From positions 32,001 to 96,000 of the forward strand of contig CAXXXD010000004.1 in assembly GCA_963663385.2 (NCBI GenBank): a DNA stretch of 64,000 bases, given 5' to 3'. Positions 1 through 9,589 of this stretch are shown here, piece by piece. The DNA comes from Oceanispirochaeta sp. (GTDB taxonomy: Bacteria; Spirochaetota; Spirochaetia; DSM-2461). Positions within the stretch are counted from its first letter, which is position 1. Every line of letters starts with the position of its first letter. The translations under genes and the position numbers were made by a program. The notes below the pieces were generated by a model. That model had not been told where the DNA came from. It ran no database searches and saw only the letters and a program-made list of their open reading frames with translations.

Positions 1-1338
1 CCGGGCGTTCATGGCGATGTCGGGATTTCCGGGATTCAGCGATCCCGGACTGTTCAGCTTTACAGGTCCGTAACGCCAGTTCCCCCGGGGAGTGTATCCC
101 CGAAGAAACAGATTGCCCCGTCCCTCCTTATCAGCCTCCTCTTCCCAGAGAACAACGAAATTCCCATTGGCGTCACAAGCAATTACGGGAGCACCCCTGG
201 AGGGTCCCATCCCTTCGTTCACCTGGAAATCCATAAAAGGGTGGTCAAAAACAGTTCTGCGATTTTCCTTCCTGTCAGCCAGGTCTTCCACATACATGGT
301 CGCCACTTCCTCGAAAGGGGGTTCGATAGCACGGAAGCCGAATATACTCTTCTTTGCTTTGGAATCCTCTGGGATGACGCAGATATCTTCTATATCGATT
401 CGTCCTTCATTAATGTTAAAGTTCAGGCTCCGGAGCCAGCCGTTGCCCAGTTGTCTGCCCCATTTTGTACGGATACTCTGAAAATCCGTCAGAAGAATAT
501 GGATGAGGTTCCCGTTATTGGTATCTTCCATCAGCTTGTACCGGCTGCCCGAACGGTGTCCGCACAGAAGGAGGAATATATTGCTGTGCTGCTTCAGAAA
601 CTCATTATCAAAGGCTTCTCCCTCCACTCCCGTCATATTGTACTTTTCCCCCCAGCTTCTTCCCCTGTCGGTGGTGTACTCTCCTTCTGGATCAATATAG
701 CTATGGGTGACAACGATGACTTTTCTGTCCGGATTGGCTTCCAGGACTCCATTGGCCCAGTCCAGCACGGATTTCCGGGGAAGGAACTCCAGACTGAGGA
801 CCAGAAATTTCAGATCTCCCTCTTCAAAGGTCATATAGTTATTAATATTCTCCGGGCTGTAGGAACCGCCGTACCAGGGCCTGCCCTCAAAGCGGAAAGC
901 TCCGAAGTATTCGCCGTAATCCGTATTCCGGGCATACACATTCTTTTTGTAATTTTTGTAATACCCCTCTCTGGAATAGTAGTCGTGATTCCCCGTGGTG
1001 GTGCTGTAGGGGATATTGTGATCATCCAGTATCTGGTGTGCCTTATGGGCAACCTCCCATTCCAGCCCCGGCTCTTCCTGCCCGTTATGTTCGGTTATAT
1101 CCCCCAGGTGGATGACGAATTTAATATTCCTTTCGTCTCTGTTATCCGCAATCCACCGGGTCTGCCTTTCATACAGATTGTACTTCACGGCTCCCTGTTC
1201 CGTATATTTCTGTGTATCCGGAAGGAGGATGACGGAAAAGCTCCCGGAAGGTTCAAGCCCCCGGTTTGCGATTGTATCATCCGCAAAAAGAGTCATGGAA
1301 TAGATGAAACTGATCAGCAGCAGGGCATATCTATACAT
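1..1338 (-). CDS. Secreted calcineurin-like metallophosphoesterase with C-terminal extension (3' end runs off the window)
   Basis: Not in the ORF track because it has no stop in the window. Manual minus-strand translation from ATG 1338 (GAGG upstream) gives MYRYALLLISFIYSMTLFA signal peptide, then LLPDTQ, HLGDI, GNHD, VVTH and LCGH metallophosphoesterase motifs; open to base 1. Confidence 0.85.
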   Translation of the reverse strand, partial: MYRYALLLISFIYSMTLFADDTIANRGLEPSGSFSVILLPDTQKYTEQGAVKYNLYERQTRWIADNRDERNIKFVIHLGDITEHNGQEEPGLEWEVAHKAHQILDDHNIPYSTTTGNHDYYSREGYYKNYKKNVYARNTDYGEYFGAFRFEGRPWYGGSYSPENINNYMTFEEGDLKFLVLSLEFLPRKSVLDWANGVLEANPDRKVIVVTHSYIDPEGEYTTDRGRSWGEKYNMTGVEGEAFDNEFLKQHSNIFLLLCGHRSGSRYKLMEDTNNGNLIHILLTDFQSIRTKWGRQLGNGWLRSLNFNINEGRIDIEDICVIPEDSKAKKSIFGFRAIEPPFEEVATMYVEDLADRKENRRTVFDHPFMDFQVNEGMGPSRGAPVIACDANGNFVVLWEEEADKEGRGNLFLRGYTPRGNWRYGPVKLNSPGSLNPGNPDIAMNAR

Positions 1339-1619
1339 AACGGCCTCGTGATATGTGTCTGTTTTTATTATAATATGAAATTGGAAAGCTTATGCAATGA
1401 ATCTAATCTGATCACTTCTATGACAGGTTCAATCATAAAGTTCGCCTTGATACTGCAGATCCGGTTTATACACCTCTACATCCTATAAATGATTGTCTGC
1501 CAGTAGTTGATTAAGACCCCAGAATCCCGTAGCATAGTCCCACATCTCATCTTTTCCTGTTTCTATATCAAACAGGTTTCCGCGAACGGCTGCGGATATC
1601 GAAACAGGAGGAATCTTCT

Positions 1620-2306
1620 ATGAAATCCAAAAGACTCTTTCCCCAGGAGCTTGCCTATCTGCTGGGTATTGTGATGCTGGCGCTAAGTGCCTCGTTAATG
1701 GCCCGGGCGAATCTAGGCGTCTCTATGGTGATTGCTCCGGCTTATCTTATCTATCTTAAATTGTCGGTACTCTATCCGTCTTTTACATTCGGTATGGCCG
1801 AATACGGACTGCAGGGAATCCTGTTGATCGCTATGGTTCTGTTTCTGAGACAATTCAGGATCAGCTACCTCTTTTCGTTTATCACCGCAGTATTCTACGG
1901 ACTGGTTCTCGATTTCTGGATGATAGGCGTAGAGCACTTTGACCATGTCCATGGCCTGCCTCCTCTGCTCTACTTTGTATCAGGTCTATTTCTGGGGGCC
2001 TTTGGTGTTTCCCTGCTGTTTAAAACCTACATATCTCCGGAGGTTTACGAACTCTTTGTAATGGAAGTTTCATCTCGCTTCGGGATCGGGATCAGCCGCT
2101 TTAAAACCGGTTATGACATTACCAGCTGTCTACTGGCGATAGCCCTGTCGTTCCTGTTTTACGGATTTCCACACTTCGAGGGCGTCAAATGGGGGACTGT
2201 AGTCTGCGCCGTTGTTAACGGCCCGCTGATCGGTCTATTCAGCAAATGGATGGAGAACCGCCTGAATTTCATTAGGGTGCTGGAGAGAAAGAAGGTTGCC
2301 GGATAG
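1620..2306 (+). CDS. YczE/YyaS (DUF6198-like) membrane protein
   Basis: Hydrophobic 228 aa with ANLGVS..APAY, TFGMAEY and GVKWGT patterns; AGGAGG RBS. Confidence 0.75.
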   Translation: MKSKRLFPQELAYLLGIVMLALSASLMARANLGVSMVIAPAYLIYLKLSVLYPSFTFGMAEYGLQGILLIAMVLFLRQFRISYLFSFITAVFYGLVLDFWMIGVEHFDHVHGLPPLLYFVSGLFLGAFGVSLLFKTYISPEVYELFVMEVSSRFGIGISRFKTGYDITSCLLAIALSFLFYGFPHFEGVKWGTVVCAVVNGPLIGLFSKWMENRLNFIRVLERKKVAG

Positions 2307-2599
2307 GTGTAGAATGATTCATTAAGGTAATCAGTACTATTTCGGGCTGTTTCCTGATCATTTTCTGAAAAGGCTCTGTTAATACAGAGTTTCCACTAAC
2401 CTATCGGTCTCTCGCCAATGACTGGGATCCTGTCAAGCATTATCAATGCTGAGAGTGTTGTGATAGACAAAGGTCGGTTAATCAAAAGCAGTTTTGAATA
2501 ATTCGTTTGTGCGGGAAAAAAATAAACAGAAGATTAAATTCTACAAAAAAAAGCAAAGAAAAGCATATATATTTCAGATTGGACTTAATAAACTAATGA

Positions 2600-2795
2600 A
2601 ATATCAGGCGTCCTATAGGACTTAATAGGGAACCGGGTGAGAATCCCGGACACCCCCAGGTACTGTAAGAGAAGAGGGTAGCGATACGGATTGAAAGTGC
2701 AACACTTTCTGATATATCCGGCCACTGCGGCTGTTTACCGGCTGCGGGAAGGCTTTGTTTAACCGTTTAATTCTTGAGTCAGGAGACCTGCCTGA
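2600..2795 (+). promoter_or_regulatory. Cobalamin (B12) riboswitch
   Basis: Conserved blocks in order: AATAGGGAA-CCGGGTGAGAATCCCGG, ACTGTAA, GCCACTG...GGGAAGGC, and B12 box GAGTCAGGAGACCTGCCTGA; located in the 5' leader of an ABC operon. Confidence 0.93.
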
Positions 2796-2921
2796 AAAAC
2801 CGTTCATAGAACGGGGTCAATAATCACGATCTTCTGGGTTGGAGAGGGTGTACCCGTATTAAACAAAAGAATATTCCGGAATTATTCCCACCAGAAAGAT
2901 CTCCGTTTTGAGGGAGAAAAA

Positions 2922-4277
2922 ATGAAAAAGCTGTCTATCGTTCTAATCAGTCTCTTACTGATCACAGGTATGCTGTTCGCCGGGGGAACCCGGGAACAGT
3001 CCGCTTCCGGCAATGCTTCACCAGCTGTGCAGGAGCAACAAAAAGATTTAGCAACAATAAGTGCGGACAACGCCAGACTCGTTGTCTACGGCAACGCAAA
3101 CAATGATGATTTAATTAATACGCATGATGTTGATATCATTGGTGATATAGCATCAGGAAAAGCTTCCTGGGATAAAACCGCCAATCCGTTTGCAGATGCA
3201 AACGCCGATGGAAAAGTCGATTCGAGTGATGTAGATCTGGTTGAAAAAATAGTAAACAAAGAAAAATGCACAGTGTATTACAGAGACTTTCAGGATGAAG
3301 CAGTTGCTGTAAATTATCCAATTACCGGGACTGTAGGAACAATGTATTATCAGCAGGCTCAGCTCTCCATTCTGCTCGGTCTATGGGACAAAGACGTTAT
3401 TGCCTGTGGGGTTCGAAACCTGAATGATACAATTGCCCCCGGATTCGAACAGAAGATATCTTTCGGGCAGGGCTATAATGTTGATCCGGAACTGGTGGTG
3501 GAATCAGGGGTCGACACGCTTATCTGTTATACTCAGACTGATACGACCGCACCAGATATTAAAAAACTGGTAAGGGCTACCGGTTTGGATCTTAATGTCC
3601 TCTGCATCAACCATGAATCACTTCTTGAATGTGTCGTCACATACGGGTTCCTGTTCGACAGAGAGAATATTTCGCTAAAGTATGCTGAATATGCGGACAA
3701 CTCTGCCAGTATTATAGATGAAAGTCTGAAGAATGTTTCCCGTGAAGAACAGCCGTCGGTAGCCACTGTCATGCTTTATGGTAAAGCGACAACAGATAAA
3801 ATACGTGTCCTGGGGTATAATCCTATGGGCAATACAAACAATCTGCCGAAGCTTGTCCATTCAATACCTAATAACAATTGGATCAGGGCGGATCTGGAAA
3901 ACCCTGCCTATGGAACATACGTTACCTCAGAGTGGTTTATTGAAAATGATCCCGATTATATACTCCTGGCGGTATCCGGGATTGGCACTACGCCTGAAAT
4001 GACGGAATCTGAGGTTTACGACGTGCTTTACACCAAGTGCAGGGAAGTCTTCGAAGAAACCAGCGCCTTTAAAAACGGTCAAATCATCGCGGCAACCCAT
4101 GCGTCGCTGAACGGTTACTCCGGCCCTTTACAGTCGTTGAAGCTGCTCTCATTCGTTTATGATGAAATAGATAAAGCTTACGCCGATGAGGTCTATAATG
4201 CCTGGTATGATGATTATGCAATGTACTCCATAGACGACTACAGCCTTGAAAGAATCTTTTACGTTAATCCGCAGTAG
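2922..4277 (+). CDS. ABC substrate-binding protein (iron-chelate/corrinoid class) with N-terminal dockerin-like Ca-binding repeats
   Basis: Signal peptide; GNANNDDLINTHDVDII and ADANADGKVDSSDVDLV repeats; EWFIENDPDYI class III SBP motif; sits upstream of a FecCD permease. Confidence 0.8.
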   Translation: MKKLSIVLISLLLITGMLFAGGTREQSASGNASPAVQEQQKDLATISADNARLVVYGNANNDDLINTHDVDIIGDIASGKASWDKTANPFADANADGKVDSSDVDLVEKIVNKEKCTVYYRDFQDEAVAVNYPITGTVGTMYYQQAQLSILLGLWDKDVIACGVRNLNDTIAPGFEQKISFGQGYNVDPELVVESGVDTLICYTQTDTTAPDIKKLVRATGLDLNVLCINHESLLECVVTYGFLFDRENISLKYAEYADNSASIIDESLKNVSREEQPSVATVMLYGKATTDKIRVLGYNPMGNTNNLPKLVHSIPNNNWIRADLENPAYGTYVTSEWFIENDPDYILLAVSGIGTTPEMTESEVYDVLYTKCREVFEETSAFKNGQIIAATHASLNGYSGPLQSLKLLSFVYDEIDKAYADEVYNAWYDDYAMYSIDDYSLERIFYVNPQ

Positions 4278-4290
4278 TCACGGAAAAGAC

Positions 4291-5424
4291 ATGAAACAGG
4301 AAACTGATCGACTTATAGGGGATGTTGTAAGAAAATCCGTTCAGAGCTGGATTACCGGTATTGATGCTGAAGATCCTGAAAAAAAAGCTGTCTCCGAATA
4401 TAGGAGATATGCCGCCAGAAAATGGATTTTTCTGGCAGTTTGCCTTGTTGCTCTGATAGTCATGTGCGGAGTCGCACTGACTATCGGGCAGTATAGTATC
4501 GGATTTAAGGAATCCTATAGAATCCTTTTGCAGCATATATCAGGTGATATAGAGGATAAGCTGAAGGATTACGTTATATGGGACTTGAGGTTGCCGAAAA
4601 TAGTCGTCGGGATTATTGCCGGAGCGGGGCTCTCAATAAGCGGAGTTACGATGCAGAGTATATTGAAGAATCCGCTGGCCGATCCCTATACAACAGGTGT
4701 ATCATCCGGTGCAGGTTTCGGAGCCACACTATCCATTGTTATGGGGGCTAATGTGGTAGCCAATGAATACGCGCTTGTCCTGAACGCCTTCATTTTCGCA
4801 TTGATTCCGACTATAGTAATCCTTCTTGTTTCAAAAATAAAAAACTCCTCACCGACAACCATGATTATGGCGGGGATTGCAATCATGTTCATCTTCAACG
4901 CTCTCACAACGATAATAAAACTCTGGGGGGATCCTAACGCTCTTGGAGCCATCCTTGAGTGGCAGATTGGATCCATTGGAGGAATTGAATGGAAAAACAT
5001 CCCTGTAATGCTGGCAGTTGTCATAACGGGCTATTTGATCATTCATCTGATTTCACGAAAACTGAATATTCTGGCAACTGGAGAGGATAATGCGAAGGCC
5101 CTGGGGGTAGAAGTTGAACGTCTCAGAATTACAGGCATGATCCTGGTAGCGCTGGTTGCTGCCTCGATTGTCTGCTTTACAGGGCTTATCGGTTTTGTCG
5201 GCCTGGTTTCTCCCCATATTGTCAGGATTGCTATTGGAGCGGACAATCGGTACCTGGTCCCGGGCTCTGCGCTGTTCGGAGCCACTCTGCTTATCGGAGC
5301 TGATATAGTTGGAAAAACACTTGTGTCCCCGGCCGTACTGCCCGTGGGGGTCGTTACAGCCTTCCTGGGAGGTCCTCTGTTTTTCTGGTTGATTATAAGA
5401 AAGAGATCCGAGCTGTGGGGATAG
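4291..5424 (+). CDS. FecCD/BtuC-family ABC permease
   Basis: LRLPK, MQSILKNPLADPYTTGVSSGA, A.ALGV, GLIGFVGLVSPH and LPVG motifs. Start moved from 4246 to ATG 4291, after the SBP stop. Confidence 0.92.
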   Translation: MKQETDRLIGDVVRKSVQSWITGIDAEDPEKKAVSEYRRYAARKWIFLAVCLVALIVMCGVALTIGQYSIGFKESYRILLQHISGDIEDKLKDYVIWDLRLPKIVVGIIAGAGLSISGVTMQSILKNPLADPYTTGVSSGAGFGATLSIVMGANVVANEYALVLNAFIFALIPTIVILLVSKIKNSSPTTMIMAGIAIMFIFNALTTIIKLWGDPNALGAILEWQIGSIGGIEWKNIPVMLAVVITGYLIIHLISRKLNILATGEDNAKALGVEVERLRITGMILVALVAASIVCFTGLIGFVGLVSPHIVRIAIGADNRYLVPGSALFGATLLIGADIVGKTLVSPAVLPVGVVTAFLGGPLFFWLIIRKRSELWG

Positions 5425-5428
5425 CGAA

Positions 5429-6208
5429 GTGGTCATAGAAATAAACAAATTGTCTTTCAATTACTCTCAGGATGTGCAGGTCTTGCATGAAATAAGCCTG
5501 AACCTTGAAAGTCCCGGATTGGTTTGTATTGTGGGACCCAACGGGGTGGGAAAATCTACTCTTATCAAATGCATAAACGGATTGCTCAAGCCCGGTGAAG
5601 GGAGTGTAAGGATAGACGGAAAGGATGCGCAGAGATACAAAAAGAAGGAATTATCGATGAAGATCGGCTACGTTCCGCCTGAAACAAAGGACTTGTTTTC
5701 ATTGCCTGTAATTGATGCAATCATGCTGGGCCGGCACAATCTCCAGGGGTGGAGAAATACGGATAAGGATATTGAAAAGGTCTACGGAATCATGAGGCTG
5801 CTCAATATTGAGGACCTTGCCATGAGATCGTTCAACCGATTGTCGTCCGGTCAGCACCAGAGAGTCGCTTTGGCAAGAGGTCTTGCCCAGGAAACAGAAG
5901 TGCTGCTGCTGGATGAACCTACAGCCAATCTGGATGTCAAACACCAGATCTATGTTACAGAAATGTTGAGAGCTATTTCAAAAGAAAAACGAATGCTGGT
6001 CGTAATGATCAGTCACGATTTGAACACAGCCGCCAAATATTCCGACAATATTGTCGTAATGACCGCCCCGGGCCGGATCCATTCTTTCGGCGCACCCGGA
6101 ACGGTAATAACCCGGGAAACAGTCCGTGACGTGTACGGAATCGATTGTGAAGTAAGCAAAAGGAAGGGCGTTCCCCATGTCGTACCCGGTTCGGTCATTT
6201 CCATTTGA
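5429..6208 (+). CDS. FecE/BtuD-family ABC ATP-binding protein
   Basis: Walker A GPNGVGKST, signature LSSGQ, Walker B LLLDEPT, ISHDLN. Confidence 0.93.
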   Translation: MVIEINKLSFNYSQDVQVLHEISLNLESPGLVCIVGPNGVGKSTLIKCINGLLKPGEGSVRIDGKDAQRYKKKELSMKIGYVPPETKDLFSLPVIDAIMLGRHNLQGWRNTDKDIEKVYGIMRLLNIEDLAMRSFNRLSSGQHQRVALARGLAQETEVLLLDEPTANLDVKHQIYVTEMLRAISKEKRMLVVMISHDLNTAAKYSDNIVVMTAPGRIHSFGAPGTVITRETVRDVYGIDCEVSKRKGVPHVVPGSVISI

Positions 6209-6301
6209 AAAAAAAGTGATCACCATAGTGCTTCACTCTCCTGCTGCCGCTAATATCGGTCAGGAAACTGAATCTAAACTTAAAGGAATCTGAAACCCAA
6301 T

Positions 6302-7057
6302 ATGAGAAAGATAGCAATATACGGCAAAGGCGGAATCGGTAAATCGACTGTCTGCTCGAACCTTTCGGCAGCTTTTGCGCTGCAGGGATTAACGGTTATG
6401 CAGATCGGCTGCGATCCCAAGGCGGACTCTACTTTGCATCTTACCGACGGAAAGCCCCCGATTCCAGTCATTGAGTATCTCAGGAAAAATACCGTATGCA
6501 ACCATATCGGTGAGATAACGAAAATCGGGTTTAATGATGTAATCTGTATTGAATCAGGAGGGCCTCCTCCGGGTATCGGCTGCGCGGGTCGAGGTATACT
6601 GTCCACATTCGAAGTAATTGAGGATCTGGGCGCTTTTGAAACATACAAGCCCGATATTGTAATGTTTGATGTCCTGGGCGATGTTGTTTGCGGTGGATTT
6701 ACCACCCCGATCAGGGATGGTTGGGCTGAAGAAGTTTATATCGTAACATCTGGCGAGAAGATGTCGCTCTTTGCCGCTAAAAACATAGCAAAAGCTCTTG
6801 ATTCCCTTTCCGGCAGGGGCTATGCCCGGCTTGCCGGAGTTATCGGTAACTGCAGGGGAATCCCCGGCGAAAAGGAGATCATTAAGGATTTTGCCCGTAC
6901 GACAAGGTCTGAAGTTACGGGAATTATTCCGCGCGATAACGAGATCTCATTCTGGGAATCGCAGGACAAGACTGTGCTTGAAGGGAATAGGGATTCTGAA
7001 ATATCCAGGGCCTTTATAGATCTTGCCGGTGCAATCTCGAGAGTAAGAGTAGAATGA
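6302..7057 (+). CDS. NifH/BchL/CfbC-like Fe protein (group IV nitrogenase-like reductase component)
   Basis: [36 protein letters not shown] and [11 protein letters not shown]; both [4Fe-4S] Cys ligands present. Confidence 0.95.
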   Translation: MRKIAIYGKGGIGKSTVCSNLSAAFALQGLTVMQIGCDPKADSTLHLTDGKPPIPVIEYLRKNTVCNHIGEITKIGFNDVICIESGGPPPGIGCAGRGILSTFEVIEDLGAFETYKPDIVMFDVLGDVVCGGFTTPIRDGWAEEVYIVTSGEKMSLFAAKNIAKALDSLSGRGYARLAGVIGNCRGIPGEKEIIKDFARTTRSEVTGIIPRDNEISFWESQDKTVLEGNRDSEISRAFIDLAGAISRVRVE

Positions 7058-8376
7058 AGAGAGAACCATTTGGAATCCCCATAAGCGATCTTTGCGGAAC
7101 AGCAACCCACTGGAGACGCAAGATTATGCCTGACGACGCTCTGCACTTCATGCCTCCTCACGGCGGAGGTTGGGGAATTGTCAGGACCGCGTTGGAGCTT
7201 CCTGATTCCGTTGTGCTTATGGCTGCGCCGTCGGTCTGTGCGAGGAGCACGGGGCTCCGCGAGCTCTATCTTGAATACAGGGACCGGTTCTTTTTTCTCG
7301 ACATCAGTGACCGCAATTTTGCAGACGGAAGTTTTGAAAAACTGATTCTCCAAGCCGTCGATGAAATTATGGAATACCTTAACAACAGCCCTGCGGTCTT
7401 TATGTTCTGTCAAACCTGTATAGACGATGTGATAGGTTCGGATTATGAACATCTGCAGAGAAGGGTTGAAGCAAAATATCGAATCAGGACTGCATCAATT
7501 CACCTGAAGCCGACAACTGCAGAAGGTAAAAGGCCTTCGGGGCTGCTGACTCAGCGTTCTATATTCAATATGATCAGGACGGTAAAATTGAGAGATAAGG
7601 GGATTAATCTGCTCGGTTCCGTGCTGCCTGTGTCATCTGAAAGTGAGTTCCACGACATTGTCCAGGCGGCGGGAATTGGTCCGCTCCGTCATCTGACAGC
7701 CTGTGACTCTATGGAAGATTTTGATATGATGAGCGCCTCATCCTGGAATATTCTGATGAGGCCGTCTGCCCGACTGGTCGTCAATGATATGAGGAAAAAA
7801 TACGGAACACCCCATGTCAATCTTACGGGTGCATTCAGTATAAAAAACGTCGATGCTAACTACCGGCTGCTGGAAGATTTCTTCGGTAGGAATCTTAACA
7901 CAGAAGGTTACAGAGATGAATGTGTTGACTTCATCTCCGGCAATACTCCGGAGTTCAGGGGCATGACGGCAGCGGTAGGATCAAGCGTTTACACGGGAAC
8001 ATTCGAACTGGCACGTGCTCTCGTTGAATACGGATTCGATGTAAAATACATATTTGCTAATATTATAATAGATTTCGACTCTGAGCATTTGCAGTGGCTT
8101 AAGGATAATGCTCCGGGGATTATGCTGTATCCGAGCTCACACACAAGCATGTCTCAATTTCACAGCCTTGGCCAAAAAGTCGATATTGCATTCGGGTTCG
8201 AGGCTGGATATTTTTGCGGCGAAGCGCCGACTGTACCGATGCTGCCGTATTATACTGATTTCGGTTATCAAGGCATCAGGGCTTTGATTAACGAAATTAA
8301 AGAGGTGATTAATAACCCCCGTCCTCATATGGAATCCATGTATGAATCATTTTATAGGCGAGGTAAAAATATATGA
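7054..8376 (+). CDS. Nitrogenase component 1-like subunit (NifD/BchN/CfbD superfamily)
   Basis: PPHGGGWG...VCAR...[11 protein letters not shown]-terminal pattern, [17 protein letters not shown] and FGYQGI; ATGA overlap with the NifH-like gene. Confidence 0.85.
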   Translation: MKREPFGIPISDLCGTATHWRRKIMPDDALHFMPPHGGGWGIVRTALELPDSVVLMAAPSVCARSTGLRELYLEYRDRFFFLDISDRNFADGSFEKLILQAVDEIMEYLNNSPAVFMFCQTCIDDVIGSDYEHLQRRVEAKYRIRTASIHLKPTTAEGKRPSGLLTQRSIFNMIRTVKLRDKGINLLGSVLPVSSESEFHDIVQAAGIGPLRHLTACDSMEDFDMMSASSWNILMRPSARLVVNDMRKKYGTPHVNLTGAFSIKNVDANYRLLEDFFGRNLNTEGYRDECVDFISGNTPEFRGMTAAVGSSVYTGTFELARALVEYGFDVKYIFANIIIDFDSEHLQWLKDNAPGIMLYPSSHTSMSQFHSLGQKVDIAFGFEAGYFCGEAPTVPMLPYYTDFGYQGIRALINEIKEVINNPRPHMESMYESFYRRGKNI

Positions 8377-9518
8377 GAGGTTTAAATAAGAAACTCCCTC
8401 CCTTTTCTTCGGATATTGCGGGAGCATGCGCCTCTCTTTTCGGTATGGGGGGTGTGGTGGTCGTACACGAACCGGCATGCTGTACAAGCTGCTACACGTC
8501 CTATGACGAACCAAGGTATTACGGCAGCTCAAGTCCGCTATACAGCTCTGAACTGAGGGAAATCCATCTGTCCACCGGAGACGACGAAACAATCCTTAGA
8601 AGGATTGAGGCGGCGGTTAAAATAATCGACTGCCGCTTCATTGCAATCATAGGCAGTCCGATTCCGATGTTTGCCGGAACCGACTACAACGCCCTTGCAC
8701 GGGAGACGGAAAAAAGGACAGGCATTCCTTCCATCGCAGTGGAAACAGGAGGATTCGACCGATACGATAAAGGGGCTTCCAAGGCATTATTACAATTAGC
8801 CCGGAAATTTATTCCGCCTGTGGCAAAGCGTGAATTGGACGATGTAAAAACCGGGGAAATTCGCAAAATTAATATAATCGGAGCTGTGGCGATGGACGGC
8901 ATCAGGATCAGAGGTACAGGAGGGTTGGCTGAATATTATACTCATAAAGGAATCGAAATAAATTCAGTATTTACCGACGGATCTTCAGTGGTCGAGGTTT
9001 TAAAAGCCGGAGCCGCAGATCAGAATGTTGTTATTTCCGTTTCTGGGCTCAGTACTGCCGAATATCTGAAAAACAGCTTCGGAATTCCCTACACTTGTGG
9101 AATCCCGATATATCCACCGGGGTCTTACGAACCTGCGAACGGTTTAAAAATCGGAAAGGGTCTGATCATCGGAGACCAGATAATTTCCAACTCAATTCGC
9201 AACTGCCTCTGCAGAGACTTCGGGATTCCTGATATCCGGGTTGCCTCTTTCTTTTCCATGAATGAACGCATTATGCAACCGGGAGATTGCCGTCTTGATG
9301 GAGAAATCGATCTTGAGAAAATGCTCGCGGATGTTGATTTTGATTTCCTGATTGGAGATCCGGCATTCCTTCGATTTATAGAAGATTATCCTGAAAAACG
9401 TTTTATTTCCCTTCCTCATACTCCGGTTTCAGGGTTTTCCCCCCTTCGAGAGGATCCTGTTCTCGTAGGAGAAGCCGGATTCAGGTTCTTTGAGAGCAGA
9501 CTTGCTGAATGGGGATAA
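8373..9518 (+). CDS. Second nitrogenase component 1-like subunit
   Basis: SDIAGACASL, HEPACCTSCY..YDEPR, SPIPMFAGTD, TGIP.IAVETGGF..Y and INIIG; ATGA overlap with the upstream gene. Confidence 0.85.
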   Translation: MRGLNKKLPPFSSDIAGACASLFGMGGVVVVHEPACCTSCYTSYDEPRYYGSSSPLYSSELREIHLSTGDDETILRRIEAAVKIIDCRFIAIIGSPIPMFAGTDYNALARETEKRTGIPSIAVETGGFDRYDKGASKALLQLARKFIPPVAKRELDDVKTGEIRKINIIGAVAMDGIRIRGTGGLAEYYTHKGIEINSVFTDGSSVVEVLKAGAADQNVVISVSGLSTAEYLKNSFGIPYTCGIPIYPPGSYEPANGLKIGKGLIIGDQIISNSIRNCLCRDFGIPDIRVASFFSMNERIMQPGDCRLDGEIDLEKMLADVDFDFLIGDPAFLRFIEDYPEKRFISLPHTPVSGFSPLREDPVLVGEAGFRFFESRLAEWG

Positions 9519-9589
9519 GCGGTGTAATAAATTGGGGTGATTGTAATTGCCAGTGGGAACTGTCATTCTTAGGTATAATATCCCTCTCC

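Noticed and set aside
241..1488. 415-aa + strand ORF
   Set aside because: Antisense shadow of the minus-strand metallophosphoesterase; it has no recognisable motifs.
2759..2770. TTAACCGTTTAA inside the riboswitch, identical to the putative LacI operator at 23024
   Set aside because: An AT-rich 12-mer in a riboswitch stem region with no functional link; likely chance.
6302..9518. Calling these genes nifHDK (nitrogen fixation)
   Set aside because: P-cluster Cys sets are incomplete, no FeMo-co ligands are identifiable, the subunits are short, there is no nifB/E/N in the window, and the context is a B12 riboswitch.
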